Source: Zygnema circumcarinatum SAG 698-1b
Taxonomy: Eukaryota; Plantae; Zygnematophyceae
DNA: 64,000 bases
Direction: 5' to 3'
Assembly: GCA_037447605.1 (NCBI GenBank)
Contig: CM074805.1
Span: 3,195,361-3,259,360, forward strand
Made by a program: the position numbers and the translations under genes
Shown here: positions 24,601 to 35,673 of the stretch, piece after piece
How the letters are laid out: each line of letters begins with the position of its first letter
Position numbering within the stretch: the stretch's first letter is position 1
The notes under the pieces: generated by a model
What the model saw: only the letters and a program-made list of their open reading frames with translations
Databases searched by the model: none
Told to the model about the DNA's origin: nothing

Positions 24601-27600
24601 CTTTTGAGCAAAAGTAATGAAGCCTTCTGTTTACCTGGGTGGGCGAGGTAATCAGACCGGCCATCTCCTGTCCGCCCTCCGCGAGTTAGCGGTGGCTGAG
24701 CCTCAGGTGGCATATCACATGTGGGTGACGGTGTTCCCCATTGTGTGGGCCACCTTAAAGAAGGAAGAGCAAATGTTGCTTGCGAAGCCCATGATTACGT
24801 TACTGCATAAGGACTACCACGTCAAGCAGCTTCATCGCCGGCCCAATGTAGTGCAGGCCCTCCTTGAGGGTGTCAGGTTAGTGGATACTTCAATGACTTT
24901 TGTCTTTTCAGTCTCCCACAAAACAAAGCTCTGCAGAATCCTTGTCCCCCAATGCAGCTTACCGGTTCATGGAAAGTGTTAGAGGCATAGAGCGGCTGCT
25001 GATGCCAACTCGATATGAGCCCTATGGATGGCAGATTTATGGAATAAACGAGGGTTTAAGGGTGTGTTTTTGTTTCTAAATAATGTGATCTCTTTGCTGC
25101 CTGTTTGCTGTGCAGCTTGAGCCAGCCGCAGCCCAAGTTCCCCAGCGATTTAATCAAGTTTCTGGGAAAAACTTACAACGCATGGCACATTGCTATTCCT
25201 TTATTGGAAAGCCATGTGTCGTTATTTCCGCAGGAAACAAAATGCTTTGAAGCCCTTTGCGAGCTTTATCGGTGAGTGTCTAATGCACAGTCTGCACTGC
25301 CCAATATCCAGTTCTCATTCCGTTAAACGCTGATCTATCACTCATGCATGAGGCAAGTCTTACACGACACGTCCCAAAGCTCAGTCCATTGCTGTCTACT
25401 TGTAGGGCAGAAAAAGTGGCCTTTGACAAGCTATTTTCTCCATTGTGAGGCATGTGCAGGTGCCTAAATGAAGACGATGTGCTCTATGGCATGTGGAAGC
25501 GGAGAGCAGCCACAGCGGAGACACGTGCAGGCCTGTCATTGGTCCAGCACGGCTTCTGGCAGAAAGGGCAGGATGTCTTCTACCGGGGGCTCAGCAAAGC
25601 ATCACATGTAAGGGTTCTGCTCAAGAACTCAAGGGCATGGGACAGTAGAAGTTTAGAAACTGTCCTTAGTTTTCTTTTCATTATGAAAATGAATAAATTT
25701 CTACCGGAGGCTCAGTAAAGCATCACTAGTAAGGGTTCTGCTCAAGATGTCAAGGGCATGGGAACGTAGAAGTTTAGGAACTGTCCTTAGTTTTCTTTTC
25801 ATTATGAAAATGAATAAATTTCTCTATAAAATTGTGCAGGGCGTCTATGGCAGTGACGTCTCGAAAGCGGAAATGGGGCTCTGGGAAGAACAATGGCTGA
25901 GTTGCGCAAAGCGGCTGAGTCACTGGGAACTACTCGCAGAGTTCGGTCGCAGTGTGGAGAACTATGAGCTGATGGCAGATGTGTTATGGCGACTGCCCGA
26001 CTGGCAAGGACTGAAGGAGACTGTGTTGCCACGGGCTCAGCTGGAGGAAACACCAAAGCTCAAAATGATTCAAGCATATTGTATTCTGCAGGATGGCACA
26101 GCCCAAAGTGTGGCAGATGCTGACAACTTAATCAGTCAGGTGAGTGTGGAGGGCTTGGGGTGTGATTCCAAAAGCTATGTAATCTATGTTGGAATTTTGG
26201 CCGAAAGATTAATCTCGTCAGCTTTTTTGCGGTCTTCTTTTTCATGTTTGCTAGGCTCATATCTTGATGGAGAGGATGGTTGTTTATGGCAGGGATGGGA
26301 GCTAGCTCTCAAACGCTGGTGGCAGTTGCCGGTGATTGGAGTACAGCCTCATCTGCCGCTTCTACAACAGTTTCAGCAGCTGGTAGAACTTCAGGTAAGT
26401 TCTCTGCATGCATGTCATCGATTTTGCTTGGTGCTTTGCTTGGTACAGCTGGTATTGGTGATCTTTAAGCACAGTAATGAGTTTGTGGAACGCTCTACGC
26501 TACGTGTACTTTTGCACAGGAGTCATCTCGTATACTACTTGACATCATCAATGGACCAAATCAGTCGCTGCCTCCCCCCCAGCCATCAGCCTTACCCGGC
26601 CAACCGAATGCTTCCCTGAACAACCAATATCAAGAGCTGCGAGAGATCGTGGAGGTTTGGCGTATGCGCACGCCAAATGAGTGGGATGACCTCCTCGTAT
26701 GGTGCGACGTGCTCCAATGGCGGAGCCATATGTTCAACACCATTATCACAGCGTTCGCGGTAAGTGTGCAGGCATCATGGTGTGGTTGTGTACAACAGGT
26801 TGCACGTTACAGAGAAACAGTAATGGGAAGCAGGGGAGGAGTGTGTTGGGAAAGTGTTTCCGATTATGGTACACTCATAGTTCTGTCCTTTTTTTTACCT
26901 GTAGAGTTAGGAAAGTCTGTGGTCTCATGTCTCTACAGTAAAGAATGCTGGAAGGACTTCCAAGTGCGAGTACCACAGTTTGGGCTCAGTATGCAATACA
27001 TAGCTTGAGTGATCCCTCTTCACATATCGACACGTTAAAACTGTCTGCACTGCGTATGTTCCTGCAGACGGTGGCGGAGACAAACCCAACTTTGCACCAG
27101 TTGGGATTTAAGGATAAAGCTTGGACCGTGAACAAACTGGCCTCTGTGGCCCGCAAGCAGGGTCTCGGAGCCGTATGTGTGAAAGTGTTAACCTACATGT
27201 ACGGCTTCCCTTGCATGGAAGTGCAGGAGGCTTTTGTAAAGATCAAGGAGCAAGTGAAGGCTTATTTGGACATGAAGGGAGAGCTCCATATGGGATTAAG
27301 CCTCATTAATGGCACCAACCTCGAGTATTTTCAGAATAACAGTAAGGCAGAGGTTCTGAGATTGAAAGGCGAGTTCTTGCAGCGTTTGGGGGATGGGGAC
27401 GCTGCAAATCAGGCTTTCTCTGCAGCAATCACAATGTTCAAACATCTTCCCAAGGGCTGGATCAGTTGGGGAAGCTACTGCGACCAGGTTAGTCGTCGTG
27501 CCTATAAAAATTTCGTGGAAACCCGTTCTCTGACAACGCTAGCAGTCTGACAGCTTTGTTGCTCCCTCGTTGTGTGCTGCCGGTATCTGTCGTTCTTGTT

Positions 27601-30600
27601 CCCTATTTTCAACTTTGGCTGTGACTCTTAGCCTCAAACGCATCCGTTACTTTTTTGCATTCTCTAGCCAGAAGTTACTGATTGCACAGGAACTTATTGC
27701 TTGTATTTTCTCGTGGTCTTCTCAATCTTTACCAGTCCCCATGTAGAGTTGTTTAAACAAGTCCCTCCGTTTGCTCTTTCATCGGTGGGCGATTTTCCTT
27801 TGCCAAAACTGCTCTCTTTTCTTGCTTCGTTCATACACTCCTCCGCCTTCTCGTTGGTGTTCAGGTGTACAAGGAGACAGGGGAGCAAGTGTGGTTGGAG
27901 TACGCAGTCAGCTGCTTGTTGCAGGGAATCAAGTGTGGCAACGCAAGCGGCCGCTCCCATCTCGCCCGTGTCCTCTACCTGCTCTCCTTTGACAATCAGG
28001 AGGGCCGGGTTGGAAAGGCTTTGGATTCTTTTCGCGAGTCCATTCCCTTCTGGGTGTGGCTGCCCTGGCTACCACAGCTGCTGCTCTCTCTGCAGAGGCC
28101 GGAGGCGACGCACACGAAGTTGGTGCTCATTCGGGTAGCACAGATGTACCCACAGGTGAGTCGAACCCCTTCTTCTCCTATCACTCTTTTCAAATAGTGC
28201 TCGTCTGTTGATCTCATCCTTTTGGCCTAGAACAGTGTTCTCGGGTGATCGTGAGGTTATCGTGTGTCCAGCAGAGTGCTCGTAACGAGGGAGTTTCTGG
28301 CTATTCTTTTGAAATTGGAATTACAAGCAGATGCATATCCATTAGTTCAGGAGGCAGCCCCAGGTGAGGCTCGTCCTTGGCATGATCATGAGTGATGTTC
28401 ACAAGGTTGATTGTTGGTTTAGTCCATATATGGCGCTTCGCAAATACAAACATTGCTGACGATCTATCCATTTCATTGACCATTAAATGGGCCCAACATG
28501 GAATGGATGTGATTCGTCACCACACCATGTACTTTAACCTCGCATTTATGACCGTGAATCTCCTTTGTTACCAAGCAACCACGTAAATAGTTCTGTGAAC
28601 CTCTGAATGCCTGAGATGCTCTGTGCTCCCCCTCTCCTCCACTTATGACATCCTTGCATGGCACTTGCCCTCTTCTTGAAGTCTGCCATTTAAACCGGGA
28701 ACTTCAGATTACGTAGGTCACAGTGAGCAGGCTCAGCCTTGCCTTTATCAAGAATAACTAGCAGGAAACCTGTTACTGAGATGATTCGCCTTTTTATGAC
28801 AGGCAATTTACTATTGGCTTCGAACGTATCTCTTGGAGCGGAGAGATGTGGCACAACGTGCGGAAATGGCCCATAGAGCTGCTCAGGGCCATGGGGGCCG
28901 TCCTCAAAGCATGGGAGATGGGCGAGGAATAGCTCCCGGGGGTGGTCCGGACGGCTCCATGGCTTCTGCAGGCGGGCAGATGCAGGGAGGAGGGCCAGTA
29001 GCTCATGGAGACGCTGTTCTAGGGAGCCAATCTTCTATAACCACCATTAGCAGTGGAGATGGAAATGGCAATGTGCTTGGAGTCGGAGGAGGGGGGAGCG
29101 GCAACCTGATTTCGAGTGTAGCTGATGGGGCTGGGGGCATGGGCCATACGATGGAGGGAGGGAGTGGTGGGCTAGGGGGGGAAGGTAATCAGGGTGCGGT
29201 GCAGGCAGGAGGAGATGCAGGACAACAGGCCATGGTGCTTCGTAGGAGTGCAAGCTCAGGGATTGGATGGCCCACGAGTACAATTTCAGCCTTCGAGGCG
29301 GCAAAGGATGTGATGGAGTCTTTGCGTTTGAAACATTCGAACCTTGCCACTGAACTGGAGGTGGGTTTCCATGTGGCTTCGCAGAGTGTTGCAAGGTGCT
29401 CAATGGTAATTGACCTTGCCGGATCTGTGAGACTGTTCACATGTTCACCATATGTCAAGGAATTGTTTTTAGAAAGAAAGAAAACTGCATTTGAGGGGAC
29501 AAAACTGTTAATCGTCGTTTCTGTCTCTCTGTTTGTCTGATGTGGTTCAACGCAGGTTATGCTGACAGAGATAGGTTCGAGGTTTGTTCCACTTCCAGAA
29601 GAGCGCTTACTCGCTGTGGTTCATGCTCTTCTTCACCGATGCTACAAGTATCCCACAGCCACTACGGCTGAGGTGCCTTTGAGCTTGAAGAAGGAGCTCG
29701 GAGGTGTATGTAGAGCATGCTTCTCTGTAGATACCGTCAGCAAGCACTCGGATTTCGTCAGCGAGTACAAGCACGACTTTGAACGGGATCTCGATCCCGA
29801 CTCAGTGGATACATTTCCAAAGTCGCTTGCAGAGCTGACGAAGACTCTCAAGCACTGGGAGGGTATATTACAGGTCAGTTCGGTGCACATGCTAATTGAT
29901 GAGAGCGCCTAGACTGGTGAAGCACTTTGGGTGATTTCTTTTCCTATGGCTTTTACGTGTTATGTAAAATATAGAAAGCAAACAATCTACAACAGGTCGC
30001 TCTCATGAAGTGAACCATTGACGGCTTTATTGCTGGGTAGCATTTCTTTCTGATTTGTTGTTTTGCTGCATTCATCCCCAGAGCAATGTTGAAGAACGGC
30101 TTCCAGCAGTCTTGAAGTTGGAGGATGAAAGCCGGACACTCCGTGAGTGGAACGTGCTCGAAGTGGAGCTGCCCGGACAATATTTTAGTGATCAGGTAAG
30201 CGTCCAACCTAGTGTAGAGTACAGTGAAAGGTCAGGAGCTGAAGTTTTTAGAACGCATATTTGCTGAATCTCTTTCTGGATAATGCATCGCAGTCGTCAG
30301 TCGCCACTGTCACAATCTGTATGATTCATGAAGATTGATATACACACATTTGCTGACGACGACCTTTATGAGTACATCGTGTACGTTCTTGCCACCATCA
30401 TGTATAGGCACTGGTTTGCGTTTCTCTCTGCTCATAAACTATACTTTGTGTTCTTGTTCACATAAATGTTGCTCCTCTTGCTTATGCTAGCTGGTTTTGT
30501 TTGTGGAAAGCAGGAAGCCCCTCCAGAACACATGGTAAAGCTGGACAGCATTGGTGCGGATGTTCCGATCGTGCGGCGCCATGGCAGCAGCCATCGACGG

Positions 30601-32965
30601 CTCACAATGGTTGGAAGCGATGGCTCAAAGCGCCATTTCTTGGTGCAGACTTCACTCACTCCATCTGCGCGGAGTGACGAGCGCATGCTGCAGCTCTTCC
30701 GTTCCGTTAATAAACTGCTGGACAAACACAAAGAGTCCCGACGACGGAATCTTGCATTCCACACACCAATCCTCATTCCTGTCTGGCCACAGGTTTGACA
30801 CTTAACTGTTTGGTATCTTCATTTCAGCTTCATTTGAACATTGGGAGTGGTCTCCATCACTGAAGTCGGCTTGCACTAGACCTATTAGAGTCATAGATTT
30901 GCAATTTAGGAACAGGAGTCCTCCACACTGTGTTTCACTATTCTGGACTGGTCTTGCTCCAATCTTCTGCTGCAGGTGCGTTTGGTTGAGGACGAAATTA
31001 CATATAGCACATTTGCTGAAGTTTACGAAGTGAACTGCACGAGATTTGGGCGAGAACCGGACCAGCCGATTCAATTTTTCAAGCAGCGTCTCAATGACGC
31101 TCTCAGTCGCCAGGTCTGTGCTCACTCTTTGTGCTGCCCCTTATCACTTTCTCCATAAAGGCCATCGCCTTTATGAAGGCTTTTATCTGTGTTGTGGTTG
31201 TCCCAAACATGGATTGAATGAGTCAGGTGGTCAGGCAAGGTGGACCAGTGTAAAGAGCTGGATTTGAGAGAAGTATACTCACTATATACTTTCACTGCCT
31301 GAAATGGAATGTGTCAGGATTATTGGGACTATTTTAACGAGGCTTTGGGGCTATTTCCTAAGGGGGGATTTCTCTGCTTTAAGTACTAGTGTGCTGTGAA
31401 ATATGTGTTGCCAGTGACAGTTTTCGACCTAGCCATTGGCCAACTGTGTGGAATAGATCTCAAATAGTTCTCAAATTTAGATGTTCCACTGTGCTTAATT
31501 AGGATAGTGATGCTATGGCATCAATAGAGAGGAGAGCCGCCAAAAGACCTACCTCCTTCTTGTGTTGGGGAGTGCAGCTTCAAGGGGAGCAACTGGTTGA
31601 GCTTCGCCTCCTCACATACACTGAGATAACAAAAAGTCACCCACCGGACGGGTGGCCTACCCCCAACTACAACTATGTTTCAGAGAGCGTGCTCTCTCAG
31701 TTCATGTACAAATCGCTCCCCAGTGCCGCCCACCTTTGGACCTTCAAGAAGCAGTTTGCAGCACAGCTGGCCCTCTCAGGGTGCATTTCATACATGCTTC
31801 ACATAGGAGGGCGCTCGCCGAGCAAAATACTTTTTGCAAAGAACACTGGGAAGGTCTTCCAGAGCGACTTTCATCCAGGTGAAATAGCTTACCCTTGAGA
31901 GAAGCGAGTTAAGAGGTTGAGCTAATTTAGATCTGACAGTTCCTTGTAGGTTTTAGTCCGCAAACCCTAGTCAGTTGAGGAATGAATGAAGTGGTAGCGA
32001 AGTGAAGTGAAGTGTGAGTGAAGTGTCATCTTGCTTGAAAAGTTACGAATTCTCAGAATGCTTGGACTCCCTCGTCTTTGTGAGAAGGAAGTGACGACGT
32101 CATTTGTATCTTTGGCTGATATCTTCATGCTGGCCACGTTGTGATCCGTGCAGCATATGACCAGAACGGGCTTGTAGAGTGCCCTGAGCCCGTGCCCTTC
32201 CGGCTTACTCGGAACCTTCATACTTTCTTCACACAATTTGGAACTGATGGCCTCTTCGTCCCTGCAATGTCCGCGGCTGCTCAAGCAATGCTGGCAACAA
32301 AGGTTCATACGTCTTCCTTTGCTTGAACTGTAGGCTGTTGTTTTGGTGCTCGTCTGCCATATGCTTGAGCTTACGTCGTTTTTAAGTTATTTCGCTGATA
32401 TGAACTGAGTGGTGATGGGAGGCCCAACAGAATAAAAAGATGGAGCATCACTTGGCGATGTTTTTTCGTGATGAGCTCATTTCGTGGTCATGGAGACGGC
32501 ATCCAGCTAGCGGAATGCCTGCAGCAGCCGCAAGAGGAAACATCTCTCCCACAGAATTGAAGCAGAAAGTGACTGCAAATGTGGATAGTGTCCTTAAACG
32601 TTTGACGCTCATGGCTCCACAAACATATGCTGAAGAGGTACCTCATCTGCTTCTTGCATTCATCAAAAGGCTCACGCTGCTTGATAGGTGGCGGTAATCC
32701 GGCGAGGGTGGCTCCATTGTGCCATACTGTCCCAACGCAGTCTGTCTGTCTTTAAGTGGATAGTCGATACTCTCATGGACCTTCAATGCCCCTGTTTTCG
32801 TGCTAATTTTGATGCTCTTGGAGGGATCTGCAGGTGACCGCTGAGGAAGGTGGAGGTGAGGGGATTCCGCGGTCAGTTCAGCGCGGCGTTACTGAACTCG
32901 TGGAAACAGCGCTCAACCCTAAATGCCTCTGCATGATGGACCCCACATGGCATCCGTGGTTCTGA
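1563..32965 (+). CDS. TRRAP: Transformation/transcription domain-associated protein (TRRAP/Tra1), the PIKK-family pseudokinase scaffold of SAGA and NuA4; about 50 exons
   Basis: Starts MIPISNFEQHGKKVLDPET|TTAQRLQLATEVRDSIEIAHTSEY, matching plant TRA1 N-termini. Internal blocks include ILNRLPHNEVLRP, LGKLGGRNRRFLKEP, VWRMRTPNEWDD, GSDGSKRHFLVQ and PVPFRLTRN, and it ends in the FATC motif CMMDPTWHPWF* (TGA 32963-32965). The catalytic loop reads GGRSPSK and the DFG position reads DFH, as expected for a pseudokinase. All introns I traced are GT-AG. Confidence 0.97.
2032..2076. repeat. Perfect 19-bp inverted repeat (hairpin) in TRRAP intron 1
   Basis: CTGAACCAGAGGTTGTTTT (2032-2050), a 7-nt loop, then AAAACAACCTCTGGTTCAG (2058-2076). 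Confidence 0.9.
7540..7971 (+). pseudogene. rpl5: Mitochondrial ribosomal protein L5, C-terminal part (codons 43-185)
   Basis: VSSESVKQVTLAFEIVCGQK...FPEIQNHFELFENAQSVQIILVTSAQTEQETRLLWTGLYQKE matches the plant mitochondrial Rpl5 motifs xEIxCGQK, PELEDHFEIFE and IVTSANTQDETLLLWSG. Its stop overlaps the rps14 ATG by 8 nt. Confidence 0.88.
7964..8141 (+). pseudogene. rps14: Mitochondrial ribosomal protein S14, 5' part, cut by the N-gap
   Basis: MSNLVLRDHMRRLLMAKYELQRTQYKAICEDRNLP...KLSQLPRNSSKTRIR carries the S14 signature RDHxRRxLxAKYELxR...LPRNSSxTR. The rpl5-rps14 order is the conserved plant mitochondrial arrangement. Confidence 0.92.
8152..8760. repeat. Array of short GC-rich direct repeats and mini-hairpins, of organelle dispersed-repeat type
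   Basis: The 30-mer GCTCGCTCGGTTTTACCCTACGGTCGCCTG occurs exactly at 8254, 8403 and 8593, with partial copies at ~8190 and ~8556. The hairpin GTGAC-TTC-GTCAC occurs at 8342, 8622 and 8648, with a variant at 8686. The plus strand is very A-poor. Confidence 0.85.
9017..9195 (+). pseudogene. rpl5: Mitochondrial ribosomal protein L5, N-terminal part (codons 1-60)
   Basis: [34 protein letters not shown] matches the plant mitochondrial Rpl5 start [28 protein letters not shown]. It ends in the 53-bp repeat. Confidence 0.9.
13700..13757 (+). repeat. Intronic poly-G tract (potential G-quadruplex) just before a 3' splice site
   Basis: Several G runs, one longer than 10 nt, end about 20 nt before the TGTTAG acceptor at ~13776. 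Confidence 0.7.
21618..21686 (+). repeat. CAG/CAA repeat encoding 23 Gln in TRRAP
   Basis: 69 nt of CAA/CAG codons end exactly at the GTGAGT donor (21687). The next exon begins at GTGCAG-CAG-CAG (21817-21828). Confidence 0.95.
25578..25823 (+). repeat. Tandem ~121-bp duplication spanning a TRRAP exon/intron junction
   Basis: Unit 1 starts at 25578 (TTCTACCGGGGGCTCAGCAAAGCATCACAT|GTAAGGGTTCTGCTCAAG...). Unit 2 starts at 25699 (TTCTACCGGAGGCTCAGTAAAGCATCACTAGTAAGGGTTCTGCTCAAG...). Confidence 0.92.
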
Positions 32966-34222
32966 AGGGTGCCCTTAGTACCCACTTACACGGGCAGCTT
33001 CATCTTCAGCTTCAGCTTCGTGCCTTTGGAGAAGGATGACAAAAGGGATCGTAAGGTTCGCCAGCAGCTTTTCACACGCTTTGAGTCGCCTTCTTTGGCT
33101 TCTCGGTCATAGTAAACAGTCCTTCCTCTCACGTACATAACGAAGTTCCAAGTTTAGGACAGCATCTGAACAGTGCAGTAATGGCAGGGCGAAGCAATGC
33201 CAAATGAAATGTAACTGCTTGTGTAAATAAAGTTCCCTGCCTTTGTCTTGTTTATGTGCGTAGTGTCACTCTCACTCTTGTCTCATGAGATCAACGTTTC
33301 CCACTTCAACAGTGCTTGCTGCTAAATGCTTGCGGGCACCATTGGAAATCCTCGTGACCAGATAACCGAAATACACACTCATGTATGCCCGAAGCCTTTC
33401 ATATAATATAAAGCGGTGATGGTAGGCCTAGAATGTTGGGTTCCCTCAAGAAGTTTCCTTTCATTCCCAGGTCCCTCATGACTGGTTCACCTTTGTTTCC
33501 ACATTTTGTCTGAAGCCGTCATCGTGAGACCAATGCCATTTTTCTAAGAGGACTTAAAAATCGAGAGGCCTTGTAAATCCTCTCTAGCCAAGTCCATTCT
33601 CCAGTTGCGCTGACATTTTAATAAGAAAGCCCCGGCGAAAGGGCAGGCCTTTATATTTAAGGGAATTCGTATATATCGTCCCTTAATCCCCATAAATAGA
33701 TTCTTGCCTGTCCCTTAAAACGCATTTTTAAAGGAAAGTAGAGACTATCACTCAACGACAGGAATCCTAGAATAAGGCAACCACCTTAAACAACGTAAAC
33801 AAGTTATTTTCGGGAAATTTGAAATTAATTTAAGGTATTTGACCGTAAATACCGTGAAAACTCTAAAAAAGCCCTTTTTTTGGTGAAATTTTTTTTTTTT
33901 TGGTGAAAGCAAAGTAAAATGAATGGGCATTGCACTCACAATGGCGACGTCATCATTTGTATATGAACTTTACTTCTTGGCTTCACAATATGGCGCTAAA
34001 AATTGGTGCAAACTCTAGAACTCTTAAAAATTTGGACTTTTTACCAATCGATCAAAACACTTGTAGATTTGGCAATCACAACATATAATTACTCATTCAA
34101 AGACCCAATTGTACCAAAAAAACAAAAAAGACTTGTACGAAGAAAAGTCTCCAAAGTCTCCAAAAGTCTCGATCTCCATTTCCATCCCTCATGAATTACT
34201 CCAAATATGACCTATTTAGAAT

Positions 34223-34309
34223 GGAAAATGATAGAGCGGCCCCACTTTTTGGATATCGACGCCCCCTTTTTGGAAAAAATGTACTTTTTTTTTGGCTAAT
34301 CAGCCCCCC
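34223..34309 (+). repeat. Diverged partial copy of the foldback-element arm, truncated by the N-gap
   Basis: It matches the arm from 34478 onward (GGAAAATGATA..GCGGCCCCACTTTTTGGATATCG..GCTAATCAGCCCCCC), with 3 substitutions in 87 bp. Confidence 0.85.
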
Positions 34310-34319
34310 NNNNNNNNNN

Positions 34320-35673
34320 CGTTTTGTGCAGCCTGGAAGCAGCAACAAGGGAGTAACACTATTTTTGATTTCATTTCGAACAGTTTCTGTTTTTGTGGCT
34401 GAAAACCAAAACTTTGGAGGTTACGATTTTGAATTTAGCTTTTGAGAAGAGGTTTCCAAACTATGGTGGATTCTAAAGGAAAATGATACAGCGGCCCCAC
34501 TTTTTGGATATCGGCGCCCCCTTTTGGGAAAAAATGTACTTTTTTTTTGGCTAATCAGCCCCCCCTTGGATCTTTCGGGAGGAGAGATCTTGTAGACAAT
34601 CGGACCCCGCGCCTCGCGCGCAGGATCCGACCGTGCACCGACGTACGGCGCCGCGCATCGCGGCGCGGCCCGCGAGATGCGGCGAGCCTACGGAAAAGTT
34701 GTCCTCACCTGACCCTTTTGGGTCAGAGGTTGCCACGTGGCAGTCTGCCATTGGACAGCTCTGCTGCCGGTCACCCATGCCGATACAGTGGACCCCCATA
34801 ATATTTTCCACCTTGTACAGTGTGTCCCCAAGAAATTCGCCCCGATTTTGCCGAAACCACCTTTTTGTACGGTAACTCAATGTTAACGTATTAGGGCTGT
34901 CAACCTAACCTGACCTATTCTCCAATACAAAATCTGTTAATCGAAACGGATTTCAAACATGGGTCACGCTTTCACGCTGTACGGTAAGTACGAATAAAAT
35001 CTCTAAGTCGTACGGTATACGTACGGCACCAATAGGAGCTCGTGTATTTAAATCACGGATACGATACGATACGATACGTACGAACAGACATGAACTCTAG
35101 CATAATACCGCTCGCCTATTGGTAACACGGACCTTATATTTGCAAATTACAATATTTTCGCCCAGTATTTGCCGAAACCATGGCGAAAATATTATGGGGG
35201 TCCACTGTATCGGCATGGGGGACCGGCAGCAGGGCTGTCCAATGGAAAACTGCCACGTGGCAACCTCTGACCCAAAAGGGTCAGGTGAGGACAACGTTTC
35301 CGTAGGCTCGCAGCATCTCGCGGGCCACGCCGCGATGCGCGGCGCCGTACGTCGGTGCACGGTCGGATCCTGCGCGCGAGGCGCGGGGTCCGATTGTCTA
35401 CAAGATCTCTCCTCCCGAAAGATCCAAGGGGGGGCTGATTAGCCAAAAAAAAAGTACATTTTTTCCCAAAAGGGGGCGCCGATATCCAAAAAGTGGGGCC
35501 GCTGTATCATTTTCCTTTAGAATCCACCATAGTTTGGAAACCTCTTCTCAAAAGCTAAATTCAAAATCGTAACCTCCAAAGTTTTGGTTTTCAGCCACAA
35601 AAACAGAAACTGTTCGAAATGAAATCAAAAATAGTGTTACTCCCTTGTTGCTGCTTCCAGGCTGCACAAAACG
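34320..35673. mobile_element. Non-autonomous foldback/MITE-like element with 489-bp inverted arms and a 376-bp spacer
   Basis: The left arm 34320-34808 is the reverse complement of the right arm 35185-35673, with 7 mismatches by eye. There is no transposase ORF. The left end is hidden by the N-gap, so a TSD cannot be assessed. Confidence 0.8.

Noticed and set aside
34547-35446. Mirror-image ORF pairs (84 aa and ~108 aa) on opposite strands
   Set aside because: They are a by-product of the inverted repeat and show no transposase similarity.
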